Origin: Candidatus Liptonbacteria bacterium
GTDB lineage: Bacteria > Patescibacteriota > Minisyncoccia > UBA6257 > JACOXY01
Assembly: GCA_016182095.1 (NCBI GenBank)
Contig: JACOXY010000012.1
Location: 25,864-89,863 of the forward strand
Reading direction: 5' to 3'
DNA length: 64,000 bases
Part shown: positions 8,722 to 17,812 of the stretch, in pieces
How the letters are laid out: each line of letters starts with the position of its first letter
Numbering within the stretch: position 1 is the first letter of the stretch
Translations under genes and position numbers: made by a program
Notes under the pieces: generated by a model
What the model was told of the DNA's origin: nothing
The model's input: the letters and a program-made list of their open reading frames with translations, nothing else
The model's database searches: none

Positions 8722-10908
8722 ATGACAAATTTAATAACAATGGTAAATAGAAAAAATTATAAACTAATAGTTGTGGAGGTTTTTGCTTTGCCTTTATTGT
8801 TAACTGGTTTCGCGGTATTTGCGTCGGGCAATGATCCATCTGTTGATTTGAGTACCAATAGGTCCATAGTTAATCAGGGCGAGTCCTTCACTCTTTCCTG
8901 GACTTCATACAACACTAATTCTTGTATTGCTTCTGGCGGCTGGTCGGGCTCCAAATCTTTGTCTGGTTCGCAAATTATAACACCAGCTTTCAATAGAACT
9001 TATACCATTACCTGCTCTCATTTCGGAGTCAAACAAGCATCGGATAGCGTAACCGTAACCGTACAAACCGAACCACCGCTTTCAGTTGATCTAACCATAT
9101 CAAGCGGCGTTATCCAGCAAGGCAATTCTGCGGTGTTAAGCTGGGCCTCAACCAATGCTGATTTTTGTACGGCTTCTGACGGTTGGTCCGGCAATAAATC
9201 AATTTCCGGCTCCGAAACTGTATCACCATCACGTAATACCGGTTACACCCTAACCTGCTACAATTCACGCGGACAAGTATATGATCATGTTTCCCTTTCG
9301 GTTGTGCAGCAATCACTGCCAACAGTATCTTTGATGGCAAACCCGGAAAATGTCACGAATGGTAATTCATCTTCATTAATCTGGAATACTTCAAACGCCG
9401 ACACCTGTACGGCTTCCGGCGGATGGTCAGGCAATAAATCAACTGCCGGATCACAAACAGTTTTTCTTTCAAATAATACGACTTACACGCTTACCTGCTC
9501 TAATCCCATAGGGCAAGCGTCTGACAGTGTTACTGTATTGGTAAATCAATCGCAAGGAGTTTCTGTTTCTTTAAGCGCAAGTCCATTGAGCATAACCCAT
9601 GGTAACTCTTCAATCTTGAGCTGGAGCTCATCCAACGCAAATACTTGCACCGCTTATAGTGGATGGTCTGGCAGTAAATCTCTTTCTGGTTCACAAACAG
9701 TATTCCCGTCGGTTAATACTACTTACACTTTGACTTGCCAAAATTCTATGGAGCAGACGGATACCGAAAGCGTTACAGTGCTTGTAGATCAGGTTCAAAA
9801 TTTTCCATCGGTGTTTTTAACAGCCAACCCGACGAGTATTAACCAAGGAAATTCGTCATTTTTGGGCTGGAACGCGTCTAATGCCGATTATTGTACCGCC
9901 TCCGGCGGATGGTCCGGCAGTAAATCAATTTCCGGATCGCAGACTATAACGCCATATTTAAACACAACCTATACCCTAACCTGCTACAATTCACGCGGAC
10001 AGACATCTGACAGTGTTACCGTGTTTGTAAATCAATCGCAAGCGACCCCAACGTTAGTTTTTAGCGCTGCGCCAACGGTAATAAATAGAGGTGATACGAG
10101 CTATTTGACTTGGACTTCAAATAATACCACTTCATGCATAGCGGGTGGCGGTTGGTCAGGAACTAAAACGGTTTCCGGATCACAGGCCATAAATCCCTTG
10201 ACACAAACAAATTACGCGCTTACGTGCTTTGGGTCTCAAGGATCAGTAACTGCCGAAGCCCTGGTTGCGGTTCTCTCCCCAAGCTTAGAGCAGTCATCTC
10301 TTGGGGCTTCGTGCGGAATAAGCGATGCCAATGTTTTAACCGGCGAGGACGTTGTTTTCAGCGCTTTCCAGTCGGGCGGGAGAGCTCCTTATACCTATAC
10401 TTGGAGCGGAGCCGCGCAGGGCAGTGGAATTTCAAGAACGATGAGTTTCGGCACGGTTGGCACAAAAACAGCCACCGTGACAATAACTGACGCGGACGGT
10501 AGAATTGCTTCCGGCAGTTGTATTACCAATGTTTCAGAAAGAGCAGTAACTAAACCGGCACAACCTACCGAGGAGGTATTGGGCGAGCAAGCGCCCACCT
10601 GTGAAGTAAAAAAGGTTTTTGCTTGTTCTGATGGGGAAAACTACAATATAGATGAAAATGGAGATGCTTATGATAAGGATGGCAAGCTGATCTATAGCGG
10701 CGCCGACAACAACACCGCCACTACCACACCAGATGACACCGCCGAAAATGAGAGAAATGGCAGGGTGGCATCTCTATTCTTTAATGAAGCAGGCGGTTTA
10801 TCGGGATTGGGCTTTCTGTTAGTGTGGTACTTCTTAATACTTTTAACGATTGGATTTGCTGTTACAATGTATCGGCTAGTCAAGGGTAAATCCAGGGTTA
10901 ACTACTAG
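8722..10908 (+). CDS. large surface protein with six tandem ~88-aa repeats, a PKD-like domain and a C-terminal TM anchor
   Basis: N-terminal TM/signal; repeat unit SxLxWxSxNAxxCTASGGWSGxKSxSGSQTxxPxxNTTYTLTCxN...SDSVTV repeated six times; C-terminal hydrophobic segment plus basic tail. Confidence 0.65.
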   Translation: MTNLITMVNRKNYKLIVVEVFALPLLLTGFAVFASGNDPSVDLSTNRSIVNQGESFTLSWTSYNTNSCIASGGWSGSKSLSGSQIITPAFNRTYTITCSHFGVKQASDSVTVTVQTEPPLSVDLTISSGVIQQGNSAVLSWASTNADFCTASDGWSGNKSISGSETVSPSRNTGYTLTCYNSRGQVYDHVSLSVVQQSLPTVSLMANPENVTNGNSSSLIWNTSNADTCTASGGWSGNKSTAGSQTVFLSNNTTYTLTCSNPIGQASDSVTVLVNQSQGVSVSLSASPLSITHGNSSILSWSSSNANTCTAYSGWSGSKSLSGSQTVFPSVNTTYTLTCQNSMEQTDTESVTVLVDQVQNFPSVFLTANPTSINQGNSSFLGWNASNADYCTASGGWSGSKSISGSQTITPYLNTTYTLTCYNSRGQTSDSVTVFVNQSQATPTLVFSAAPTVINRGDTSYLTWTSNNTTSCIAGGGWSGTKTVSGSQAINPLTQTNYALTCFGSQGSVTAEALVAVLSPSLEQSSLGASCGISDANVLTGEDVVFSAFQSGGRAPYTYTWSGAAQGSGISRTMSFGTVGTKTATVTITDADGRIASGSCITNVSERAVTKPAQPTEEVLGEQAPTCEVKKVFACSDGENYNIDENGDAYDKDGKLIYSGADNNTATTTPDDTAENERNGRVASLFFNEAGGLSGLGFLLVWYFLILLTIGFAVTMYRLVKGKSRVNY

Positions 10909-10912
10909 AAAT

Positions 10913-10932
10913 CCCCCGACTTGGTCGGGGGT
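10913..10932 (+). terminator. putative terminator hairpin
   Basis: cccccgac-ttgg-tcggggg immediately after the stop codon. Confidence 0.4.
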
Positions 10933-11198
10933 TACAATGCGCAGTATATATTTAGGAACAAGCGCAGTGGCTCATGCATTTCCTGCATTTCGGACAGCGA
11001 TGTACATAACAGAAGAAGTATTCCTTTCTGCCGGCCGCTTTGCATGCAAAACACGGCTCGGAGTTGCCGGTGCATTTTTCCAAACGCACTATGCACGCAG
11101 TGGAAGTGATTATCTTTTTTATTATTCCGGCCATTCTAACGCCTCCCTTTTATGAAAACTTGAGCCGTCTGGCTTATTTATACACCTTTTTATTGCTA

Positions 11199-11227
11199 TT
11201 GTCAAGTACAGAATAGCGTGGTATACT
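11199..11227 (+). promoter_or_regulatory. promoter for RNase P RNA (TTGTCA-17-TATACT)
   Basis: Hexamers sit 7 nt upstream of the inferred P1 5' strand. Confidence 0.45.
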
Positions 11228-11234
11228 TTCATCA

Positions 11235-11886
11235 GATTGGTTGTTTAGATAGCTACTGGCCGTCCTACAGACGGCAACAAATGTTATTTGTTAAATGTTG
11301 ATTGTTGCCGCCCGCAGGGCGGCTAGAGGAAAGTCCGAGCACTTAGCCTTGTGTTTCGCTCAAGGGAATTCGAAACTCTAATTTCTAAATTCTAAACAAT
11401 ATTTAAAATTCAAATTTCTAAAACTCTAAGCGAGAGCATTCTTTTATAGATTCTCCCGTTTGGAATTTTGAGTTTGTGCTTTGGAATTTGTTTAGGATTT
11501 CGAATTTAGGATTTAGGATTTTCTCGCGCGGAGCGCGAGGCATGAGTAGCGGGTAACGCCCGTCTGGAGTAATCCTAGAGGTGCGAACAGTGACGTCTCG
11601 CCCGAAAGGCGCGGGAAGGCCCAATCCTAAGCTAGTTGGCCTAATTCCGCATAAGGATAAAAAGGCGGAAGTGAAACGGCTAAATCCTTACTTGAGTGCA
11701 AGACCGTACTCTGGATTCTGGGGGCTGGATGCTGGATGTCGGAGTTGATCCGATTTCTAGCTTCCAGTTTCTGGACTCCGGTTTGTGTCGCTTGAGCCCG
11801 AGAGTAATCGAGGGCCCAGATAAATTGCTATTGCCCCTAAACCCGCGAGGGTCGGGGAACAGAACTCGGCTTATTAACAACCAATC
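11235..11886 (+). ncRNA. rnpB: RNase P RNA (bacterial type A-like) with a large AT-rich insertion
   Basis: P4 strands GAGGAAAGTCCGAGC and ACAGAACTCGGCTTA with compensatory changes. P1 pairs gattggttgtt (11235-11245) with aacaaccaatc (11876-11886). About 150-nt low-complexity insertion at roughly 11370-11520. Confidence 0.8.
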
Positions 11887-12025
11887 TATCCGCCAGAGCT
11901 TGACGCAAAGGTGGACACAAAATCGCCCCCCAAAAAAAGGGCGATTTTGTTTTTTAGTTCCTACCGCGCATACCCTCCACCTTCGCCAAGGCTTCGGAGG
12001 GCAAGCAAACCCTAAACCACATGCC

Positions 12026-12484
12026 CTATTTATTATCCAGCGCCTTATTTACCATTCCGTCAGCTTCTTTATTTTGTTCTCTTCTTACATGAATAAACTT
12101 AACGCTTTTGAAATCAAGCCGCAGGTTCCAAATATCAATAAATAACTCCCGCAGGGCCGGCTCCTCGATTTTGTAGATTCCGTTCATTTGTTTTACCAAA
12201 AGTTCGCTATCGGCGCGAATTTCTATCTCCATTTCTTTAGCTTTCTCTTTGCCGAAAAGCTGCTTGATTTTTTTTAAGGCAAAAATAACCGCAGAGTATT
12301 CAGCGACATTATTAGTTGTATCATGAATACGCTCTCCATATTTCCTCTTTGAACCGCCGAGATTTATTACAACTCCAATAGCGGCAGGCCCGGGATTCCC
12401 GCGAGCACCACCATCAGTATGCACCACTATTTTAGTGTTTGGTGTGCCAAATAGCGCTTCTGGTTGTTTTTTATTTTTTGTCAA
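12026..12484 (-). CDS. rnhA: ribonuclease HI
   Basis: HTDGGARGNPGPAAIG and NNVAEY RNase H motifs. Confidence 0.8.
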   Translation of the reverse strand: MTKNKKQPEALFGTPNTKIVVHTDGGARGNPGPAAIGVVINLGGSKRKYGERIHDTTNNVAEYSAVIFALKKIKQLFGKEKAKEMEIEIRADSELLVKQMNGIYKIEEPALRELFIDIWNLRLDFKSVKFIHVRREQNKEADGMVNKALDNK

Positions 12485-12552
12485 TTTTTATAGAGGGTTT
12501 AGGGCATAGTGTTTAGCTTGCGCACTATACCCTATCAGCTATACCCTACACC

Positions 12553-13380
12553 CTAATTTAGGCGTTTCCAAGGCAATTTTGCGCCCGCTTTAATTTTAAA
12601 CGCCGATGCCCGCCTATGCCCTCCACCGCCAAAATGCTCGGCAAGTTTTGAGACATCGACGGAACCATCTGATCGCAGCGATATTTTTTTAGAATTCTTT
12701 TTTTGGTGCCAGATAATCGCCACGGGCTCCTTGGCGTATATAATGCTCGCAAGCTCATCTGTAAAAACTGGTGAGTTTACCGCGAGCGCCCGCTTGCCGC
12801 GAAAAATAACCAATTCCTTGTTCCGAAGTATTTCATAAATCAGGGCTTTCTGGTACTTTAAGAGAAGCTTGCCATCGGCAAAAAACTTTTTCCTGAAATT
12901 TGCTTTTTCAAATCTTTTTATGAAGGAATCTAAAATCTTTAGGTTATTGGGTAAAAGCGGCCTCGAGACCACAAATGCTTTTGCGTGCGGCATTTTTAGT
13001 TTCCACAAATCGATATCTTCCACATAGCGCAAATAGTGCGGCATGGTTTTACCGGGGTGAAAATATTCCCAGGCCAGCACAGAACCAGAGTGGTGGAGTG
13101 CGTATAGCGGCTTATGCGTTAGGGAAACCGCTTCTTTGTTTGAAATATGGTGGTCAATAGCCGTTACCCGCTTATTCATCGCTATCAACTTTTTAGTGAT
13201 GGCTTTGGGGAAGCAGTAGTCAACCAGGTAAATTTCTTTATTTTTAAGACCCGGGGGTGAGGGCGCTTGATTCACAACTGGAATATAGGTCGCGCTTGCT
13301 CCGAATTTTTTCCATGCCGCCCAAGCCGCGCCCGCTCCATCGCTACAGTCTGCGTGGTACAAAATTACAATGTTTTTCAT
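12553..13380 (-). CDS. DHH/DHHA1 phosphoesterase (NrnA-like nanoRNase/pAp phosphatase)
   Basis: DCSDGAGAA, AIDHH and C-terminal GGGH motifs; start trimmed to MKNIV. Confidence 0.7.
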   Translation of the reverse strand: MKNIVILYHADCSDGAGAAWAAWKKFGASATYIPVVNQAPSPPGLKNKEIYLVDYCFPKAITKKLIAMNKRVTAIDHHISNKEAVSLTHKPLYALHHSGSVLAWEYFHPGKTMPHYLRYVEDIDLWKLKMPHAKAFVVSRPLLPNNLKILDSFIKRFEKANFRKKFFADGKLLLKYQKALIYEILRNKELVIFRGKRALAVNSPVFTDELASIIYAKEPVAIIWHQKKNSKKISLRSDGSVDVSKLAEHFGGGGHRRASAFKIKAGAKLPWKRLN

Positions 13381-13522
13381 GGGGTTTGGGCAAAAGTAAA
13401 AAGTAAATATCAAAAATTAAAATTCTGGTTGTTTTAAAAATTAAATAATTTTTCAAACTTCATCAATTTTGCTTTTTACATTTTGATTTTTAATATTATG
13501 CTACAATCCTATCGACTATACC

Positions 13523-14611
13523 CTACTTCATAAGCGCTTCAATGCCGGGTAATTTTTTTCCGGCCAAAAATTCCAGCATTGCTCCCCCGCCAGTTGAAAC
13601 AAAGCTGATTTTTTCGTACCCCCCTGTTTGTTTTAGCGCAGTTACGGTTTCTCCTCCGCCCACAAGACTGAAAGCATTTTTGTTGGCTGCTATAGCTCTT
13701 GCTATCGCGTAAGTCCCTTTGGCGAACTCTTCTTTTTCAAATAATCCCATAGGCCCGTTCCAAACTATTGTTTTGGCGGTTTTTATGCGCTCCGCAAAAA
13801 TATTTTCTGTTTTATTCCCAATATCCAAAATTTTGTTATCACCCCACCTATAGTCTGCGGGCATCACCAGATTTTTATATTGCAGGAGTTTATCTGTCCC
13901 AGGCGGAGGATTTTTTTCAAAAACAGAATCTTTGACGTCCAGACCCTGAATTGCCGCTAAAGTATTCGCCAACGCGCCGCCAATTAAAAATTTATCGGCC
14001 CTCTTTTTAAAAAACGCGGCGATGGGAAGTTTGTCAGCCATTTTTGCGCCCCCAAGTATCATGATGAGCGGCCTTGCGGCGCTCTTCATGATTTTTGAAA
14101 GATTTTTAATTTCCGCTTCAAGTTCCAGGCCAGCGTATGATGGCAGGAATTTAGTAATAGCCGAAACCGAAGCATCAGCCCTGTGGCAAACAGCGAAAGC
14201 ATCGTTCACATAATAATCACCCAAAGAAGCCAAGTTTTTAGCGAAGGAAATGTTATTTTCTTTTTCCATTGACACAAATCTCAAGTTTTCCATCACGAAT
14301 ATTGACTTCGTATGCGCGTCTTGTATGGCTCTTTTAGCTTCAGAAAAGTTAAAATCTTGAATAAAGTTAACAGGCTTTCCCAATAAATCGCCCAAATTGT
14401 CCGAGTCTTTTTTTAGACTGAACTGCTTCTGAAATCCCAATGGGCGTCCCTTGTGGCTTAGAACAACAAGCTTGCTCGCGTGTTTTAATAAGAATTGAAG
14501 AGTGGGCAGGGCCGCCTTTATTCTCCAGTCGTCCTCGGTATTAAAATCAAGCCGGACTACAGCTGTGCCGCTTAATTTTTTTGGACTTACCTTGCTTAAA
14601 TAGGCAATCAT
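13523..14611 (-). CDS. pgk: phosphoglycerate kinase
   Basis: RLDFN, SHKGRP and C-terminal VSTGGGAMLEF signatures. Confidence 0.85.
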   Translation of the reverse strand: MIAYLSKVSPKKLSGTAVVRLDFNTEDDWRIKAALPTLQFLLKHASKLVVLSHKGRPLGFQKQFSLKKDSDNLGDLLGKPVNFIQDFNFSEAKRAIQDAHTKSIFVMENLRFVSMEKENNISFAKNLASLGDYYVNDAFAVCHRADASVSAITKFLPSYAGLELEAEIKNLSKIMKSAARPLIMILGGAKMADKLPIAAFFKKRADKFLIGGALANTLAAIQGLDVKDSVFEKNPPPGTDKLLQYKNLVMPADYRWGDNKILDIGNKTENIFAERIKTAKTIVWNGPMGLFEKEEFAKGTYAIARAIAANKNAFSLVGGGETVTALKQTGGYEKISFVSTGGGAMLEFLAGKKLPGIEALMK

Positions 14612-14717
14612 GGAGATAATTATAGCATATAAAATTATTGTTATAAACGTTGTATTCGTTAACCGTTCTATGCGTATGCGATTAGAACGTTAGAACGACT
14701 AAAGCGATAGAACTGCT

Positions 14718-16013
14718 TTGAAAAACATAGTTATCCTTGGCGCCGGCTTCGGCGGCTTAAGAGTTGCGCGAGTACTCGCGAAGAAACTCACGAAGGCCGG
14801 GCTAAATGATAAATACCGGCTAATTTTGGTTGACAGAAACCATTACCATACCTTTACGCCGCTTTTGTATGAAGCCGCAACCACCTCAAAAGAAATAGCG
14901 GATATGGTGGAGCTGCGCACTATAACAACTTTTCAGATAAAACAAATTTTAAGCGGTCTCAAAGTTGATTTTATTAACGCCGAAGTAGAGAAAATTGATA
15001 TTATTACGGGAAAAATAAATTTAAAATCCAATAAAGGACAAGAGGTATTGGCTTTTGACCATCTAGTTATAGCTCTTGGCGCCGAAGTCAATACATTTAA
15101 CATTAAAGGCGTGACAGAGCATGCTTTTTATTTAAAAACCTTCTGGGATGCGATGCGGCTAAGAGATAAGATTATTGAAAACGTTGACGATGGCAAAAAG
15201 AATTTAAAAATAATTATCGGGGGGGGCGGTTCAACCGGAGTTGAATTAGCTGCCGAAATTCAGGGCTGGATTTGCGAGCTTAAAGAGGAGTACCCCAAAG
15301 TCAGGGAGTGTGAGGCACAAGTTTCTATTGTTGAGGGCGCGGGAAGTATTTTGAGTTCGCTCCATCAAAAAATCATAAAAAGGGTTGGGGAGCGGCTCGC
15401 GCACCTTGGGGTCAACACTATAACTAACGAATTCATCTCCGAGGTAGATGCAGACAAAATTTATCTGAAAAGCGAGCGAATTTTGCCTTGCGATATCTTT
15501 ATCTGGGCTGGCGGAATTAAAGCCCCAGCAATTTTAAATCAAGCCGAGCTGCAAAAATCAAAGAATAATGCCCTGCTGGTACAGAACAAAATGCAATGCC
15601 TGTCTGCCGCGCCAGATTTAAAGTTAGGCTCTGCAATTTATGGCCTGGGCGACAGTGTCTGCTTTATAAATCCCAAAAACGGAAAACCTATCCCCTGTGT
15701 CGCGCGACCAGCCATAATTCAGGGGGGAATTATAGCGCACAATATTTTTGAAGATATCATGGTACGGGAGGGTTTAAGCGTGAAAGCTTATCACAAAACT
15801 TTTGTGCCAAGGGAGTACCCGTATATAGTCCCTGCGGGCGGCAAATGGGCGGCGGCAAAAATAGGCCCATTTATTTTTTCCGGAATCTTAGGTTGGGTAT
15901 TAAAGGGATTAGTGGAACTTAACTATTTCTTATCAATATTGCCGGTTTGGTACGCGTTTAAAATATGGTTCAAGGGATTTTATATATTCATAAAAAACGA
16001 CCGGCTTGGCTAA
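14718..16013 (+). CDS. FAD-dependent pyridine nucleotide-disulfide oxidoreductase (NDH-2-like)
   Basis: N-terminal IVILGAGFGG Rossmann motif, second GGGSTGVE motif, C-terminal hydrophobic tail. Confidence 0.65.
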   Translation: MKNIVILGAGFGGLRVARVLAKKLTKAGLNDKYRLILVDRNHYHTFTPLLYEAATTSKEIADMVELRTITTFQIKQILSGLKVDFINAEVEKIDIITGKINLKSNKGQEVLAFDHLVIALGAEVNTFNIKGVTEHAFYLKTFWDAMRLRDKIIENVDDGKKNLKIIIGGGGSTGVELAAEIQGWICELKEEYPKVRECEAQVSIVEGAGSILSSLHQKIIKRVGERLAHLGVNTITNEFISEVDADKIYLKSERILPCDIFIWAGGIKAPAILNQAELQKSKNNALLVQNKMQCLSAAPDLKLGSAIYGLGDSVCFINPKNGKPIPCVARPAIIQGGIIAHNIFEDIMVREGLSVKAYHKTFVPREYPYIVPAGGKWAAAKIGPFIFSGILGWVLKGLVELNYFLSILPVWYAFKIWFKGFYIFIKNDRLG

Positions 16014-16047
16014 AGTACAATGCGAAAACCTTTCAAAAACCCTTATT

Positions 16048-16076
16048 TTGCAAGGGGGAGGTTTTTGTGAGCTTGC
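16048..16076. repeat. imperfect direct repeat, copy 1, flanking high-GC cassette 2
   Basis: ttgcaagggggaggtttttgtgagcttgc versus ttgcaaggcaagaaggtttttgagcttg at 16713-16740. Confidence 0.55.
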
Positions 16077-16101
16077 TTTTTTTATGATTCCGTGTTATAA
16101 T
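16074..16101 (+). promoter_or_regulatory. sigma70-like promoter (TTGCTT-16/17-TATAAT) with a ~180-nt leader
   Basis: Hexamers present; leader contains the hairpin cagtttga-gtttt-caaactg before the SD ggaaggagag. Confidence 0.4.
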
Positions 16102-16279
16102 TAAGAAAGTAAATTAAATGTGAATCTCGGCAGCCATTTGGCCAGATAAAATTTAATCGCCCGAACCTTTTGTCTTACAAAAAGTTTTAGGATGAATTTT
16201 ATATCCGGCTAAACTGCTGCTGAGACGGCGGCCAGTTTGAGTTTTCAAACTGCATTCCCGAGACGGGAAGGAGAGAAAG

Positions 16280-16624
16280 ATGAGAATTGCGATCAGCAGA
16301 TCAGTAAGTTCCGCAGAAGAGATGGTGCGCGCAGCTCTTCAACATACCCCACCAGATATGAATCTGGACGGGACGTGGATGGAGAGGAACTATTGGTCCA
16401 AACCTCTGGATTTAGACGGTGACAATGACCGTGGTGTGCGCCTCACCATCTTCGTTTACCCCGGCATTCTGATCAAGGCCGAATGCGCCGTGTATTCGGA
16501 GGGTGGAAAGTATCAGACTGGAGACATAGAGATCGAGCATCGCGCAAGCGGAAAGAGATGGAAGTTCCATTGCTGGCTGAAGAATCGGAACGACAAAAAA
16601 TTCACCGTTTGCGAAATCGAGTAA
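16280..16624 (+). CDS. hypothetical protein, GC-elevated cassette gene
   Basis: 114-aa ORF with a strong SD; GC noticeably above its surroundings; terminator immediately downstream. Confidence 0.5.
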   Translation: MRIAISRSVSSAEEMVRAALQHTPPDMNLDGTWMERNYWSKPLDLDGDNDRGVRLTIFVYPGILIKAECAVYSEGGKYQTGDIEIEHRASGKRWKFHCWLKNRNDKKFTVCEIE

Positions 16625-16641
16625 AGCGGCTTCTCTAAGCC

Positions 16642-16677
16642 ATCCGGGAACGACACCACCGTTCCCGGATCTTTTTA
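16642..16677 (+). terminator. rho-independent terminator
   Basis: atccgggaac-gacaccacc-gttcccggat followed by ttttt. Confidence 0.65.
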
Positions 16678-16712
16678 TCCCCTCAATCTCTCATTATTAA
16701 AAAATCTTTATC

Positions 16713-16740
16713 TTGCAAGGCAAGAAGGTTTTTGAGCTTG
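16713..16740. repeat. imperfect direct repeat, copy 2, flanking cassette 2
   Basis: See 16048-16076. Confidence 0.55.
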
Positions 16741-16787
16741 TAATTTTATTAAAATCGTATTTTTAAATAAATACCTCTATTATTTTT

Positions 16788-16823
16788 TGTACACATTAAC
16801 TGCTATCGCTTTTATTATGTACA
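16788..16823. terminator. bidirectional terminator-like near-palindrome
   Basis: tgtacacattaactgctatcgc...ttattatgtaca, related to the perfect palindrome at 17667-17702; A/T runs on both sides. Confidence 0.5.
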
Positions 16824-16876
16824 AAAATAAAATGCGTCATTACACAAGATAATGCGGTAATTATACAAACACAACA

Positions 16877-17590
16877 CTAAACAAGATTAAAATACCGCTT
16901 AAGCTCTTGGTCGTTGTTTATATTTTTGGCAGTGATTAGATGCACATATGGCTCAATATTATAAAATCCGCAAAGAAAGTCTACTTCTTTCTTACAGTTA
17001 GTTGGAACAACAAAAACGCTTTTTTGAAGTTTATACGCGCCCATAAGGCATAATTTTTCTCTAAATGACTCTCTAACCTGCTTATGCTCTTCTGGAATAT
17101 CAAAAATTATTAGACGCCAAAAACCGTCCTTCATCCCCGGCGAAAAGCGCATTTTTCCAAAATGCTCTTGAAGTATCTTTGAAAGGCCTCGCTCGGTTAT
17201 TTTCACTTCATATGTTTTTGGAGCTTTCTTCTTTACATCAATATACCCAAGACGCTTGTAATGGCGCCGCGTGACATTAAAATCGTTTTTATTATAAAAC
17301 TGCCTGTGCCGCGTCAGCTTCCCGTAAGCGCCGAGTACATTTGGCGCTACCACCGCAACAGTAACCATCCCGCCGATGGCCAAGAGACCAAGTAGGGCGC
17401 TCCCGATAAAAATTCCACCTTCTTTAGCATAACGCACAACCATTTCTTTTTTGGCTGCCTTTTGAGTCGCTTCCCAGTCAGATTTCATATCTTCAAGTAA
17501 AACATTTTTATATTTTAATAGCGACTTTTCAAGTCGTCTCTTTCGTTTCTTTTCATTATTATTTTTAGATTCATTTTGGATAGTTTTCAT
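16877..17590 (-). CDS. membrane-anchored PaaX-like protein (winged helix + PaaX_C-like domain)
   Basis: N-terminal basic region plus one TM helix. WRLIIFDIPEEHKQVRESFREKLCLMGAYKLQKSVFVVP resembles the PaaX segment WDGKWLLLLSEG...KKQLIWQGFGALAPSLMASP. It is also Cas2-like by eye. Confidence 0.5.
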   Translation of the reverse strand: MKTIQNESKNNNEKKRKRRLEKSLLKYKNVLLEDMKSDWEATQKAAKKEMVVRYAKEGGIFIGSALLGLLAIGGMVTVAVVAPNVLGAYGKLTRHRQFYNKNDFNVTRRHYKRLGYIDVKKKAPKTYEVKITERGLSKILQEHFGKMRFSPGMKDGFWRLIIFDIPEEHKQVRESFREKLCLMGAYKLQKSVFVVPTNCKKEVDFLCGFYNIEPYVHLITAKNINNDQELKRYFNLV

Positions 17591-17666
17591 TGTGGTTTTT
17601 GTTTAAAGCCTGGAGACATTAGATAAATGTTGGATATTACATTGTGACAACAATAAAAGTAAAAAC

Positions 17667-17702
17667 TGTACATATTAACTGCTATAGCAGTTAATATGTA
17701 CA
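17667..17702. terminator. perfect 36-bp palindrome (bidirectional terminator)
   Basis: tgtacatattaactgctatagcagttaatatgtaca, flanked by T runs on both strands; lies between two minus-strand genes. Confidence 0.6.
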
Positions 17703-17812
17703 AAATATTTTTTGCTTCTTGCATAACAAGAACTCAAAGGTTCTGAAAAATTGTGCCGATAATTGTTTCAATATAGTTAGCTCTTATCATGCGCTGATTA
17801 TTACCTCGCTAA

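Noticed and set aside
11418-12145. ORFs 11418..11624(-), 11680..11880(-) and 11696..12145(+) in the six-frame track
   Set aside because: They lie inside the RNase P RNA (conserved P4/P1 elements and low-complexity insert); the apparent ORFs are by-products of the structured RNA, not coding.
16877-17590. Calling the 237-aa protein a CRISPR-associated Cas2
   Set aside because: The WRLIIFDIPEE…KSVFVVP block does look Cas2-like, but it aligns better with the PaaX regulator (WDGKWLLLLSEG…IWQGFGALAPSLMASP). There is an N-terminal TM helix and no cas1, cas genes or repeat array within 64 kb. It is annotated as PaaX-like instead.
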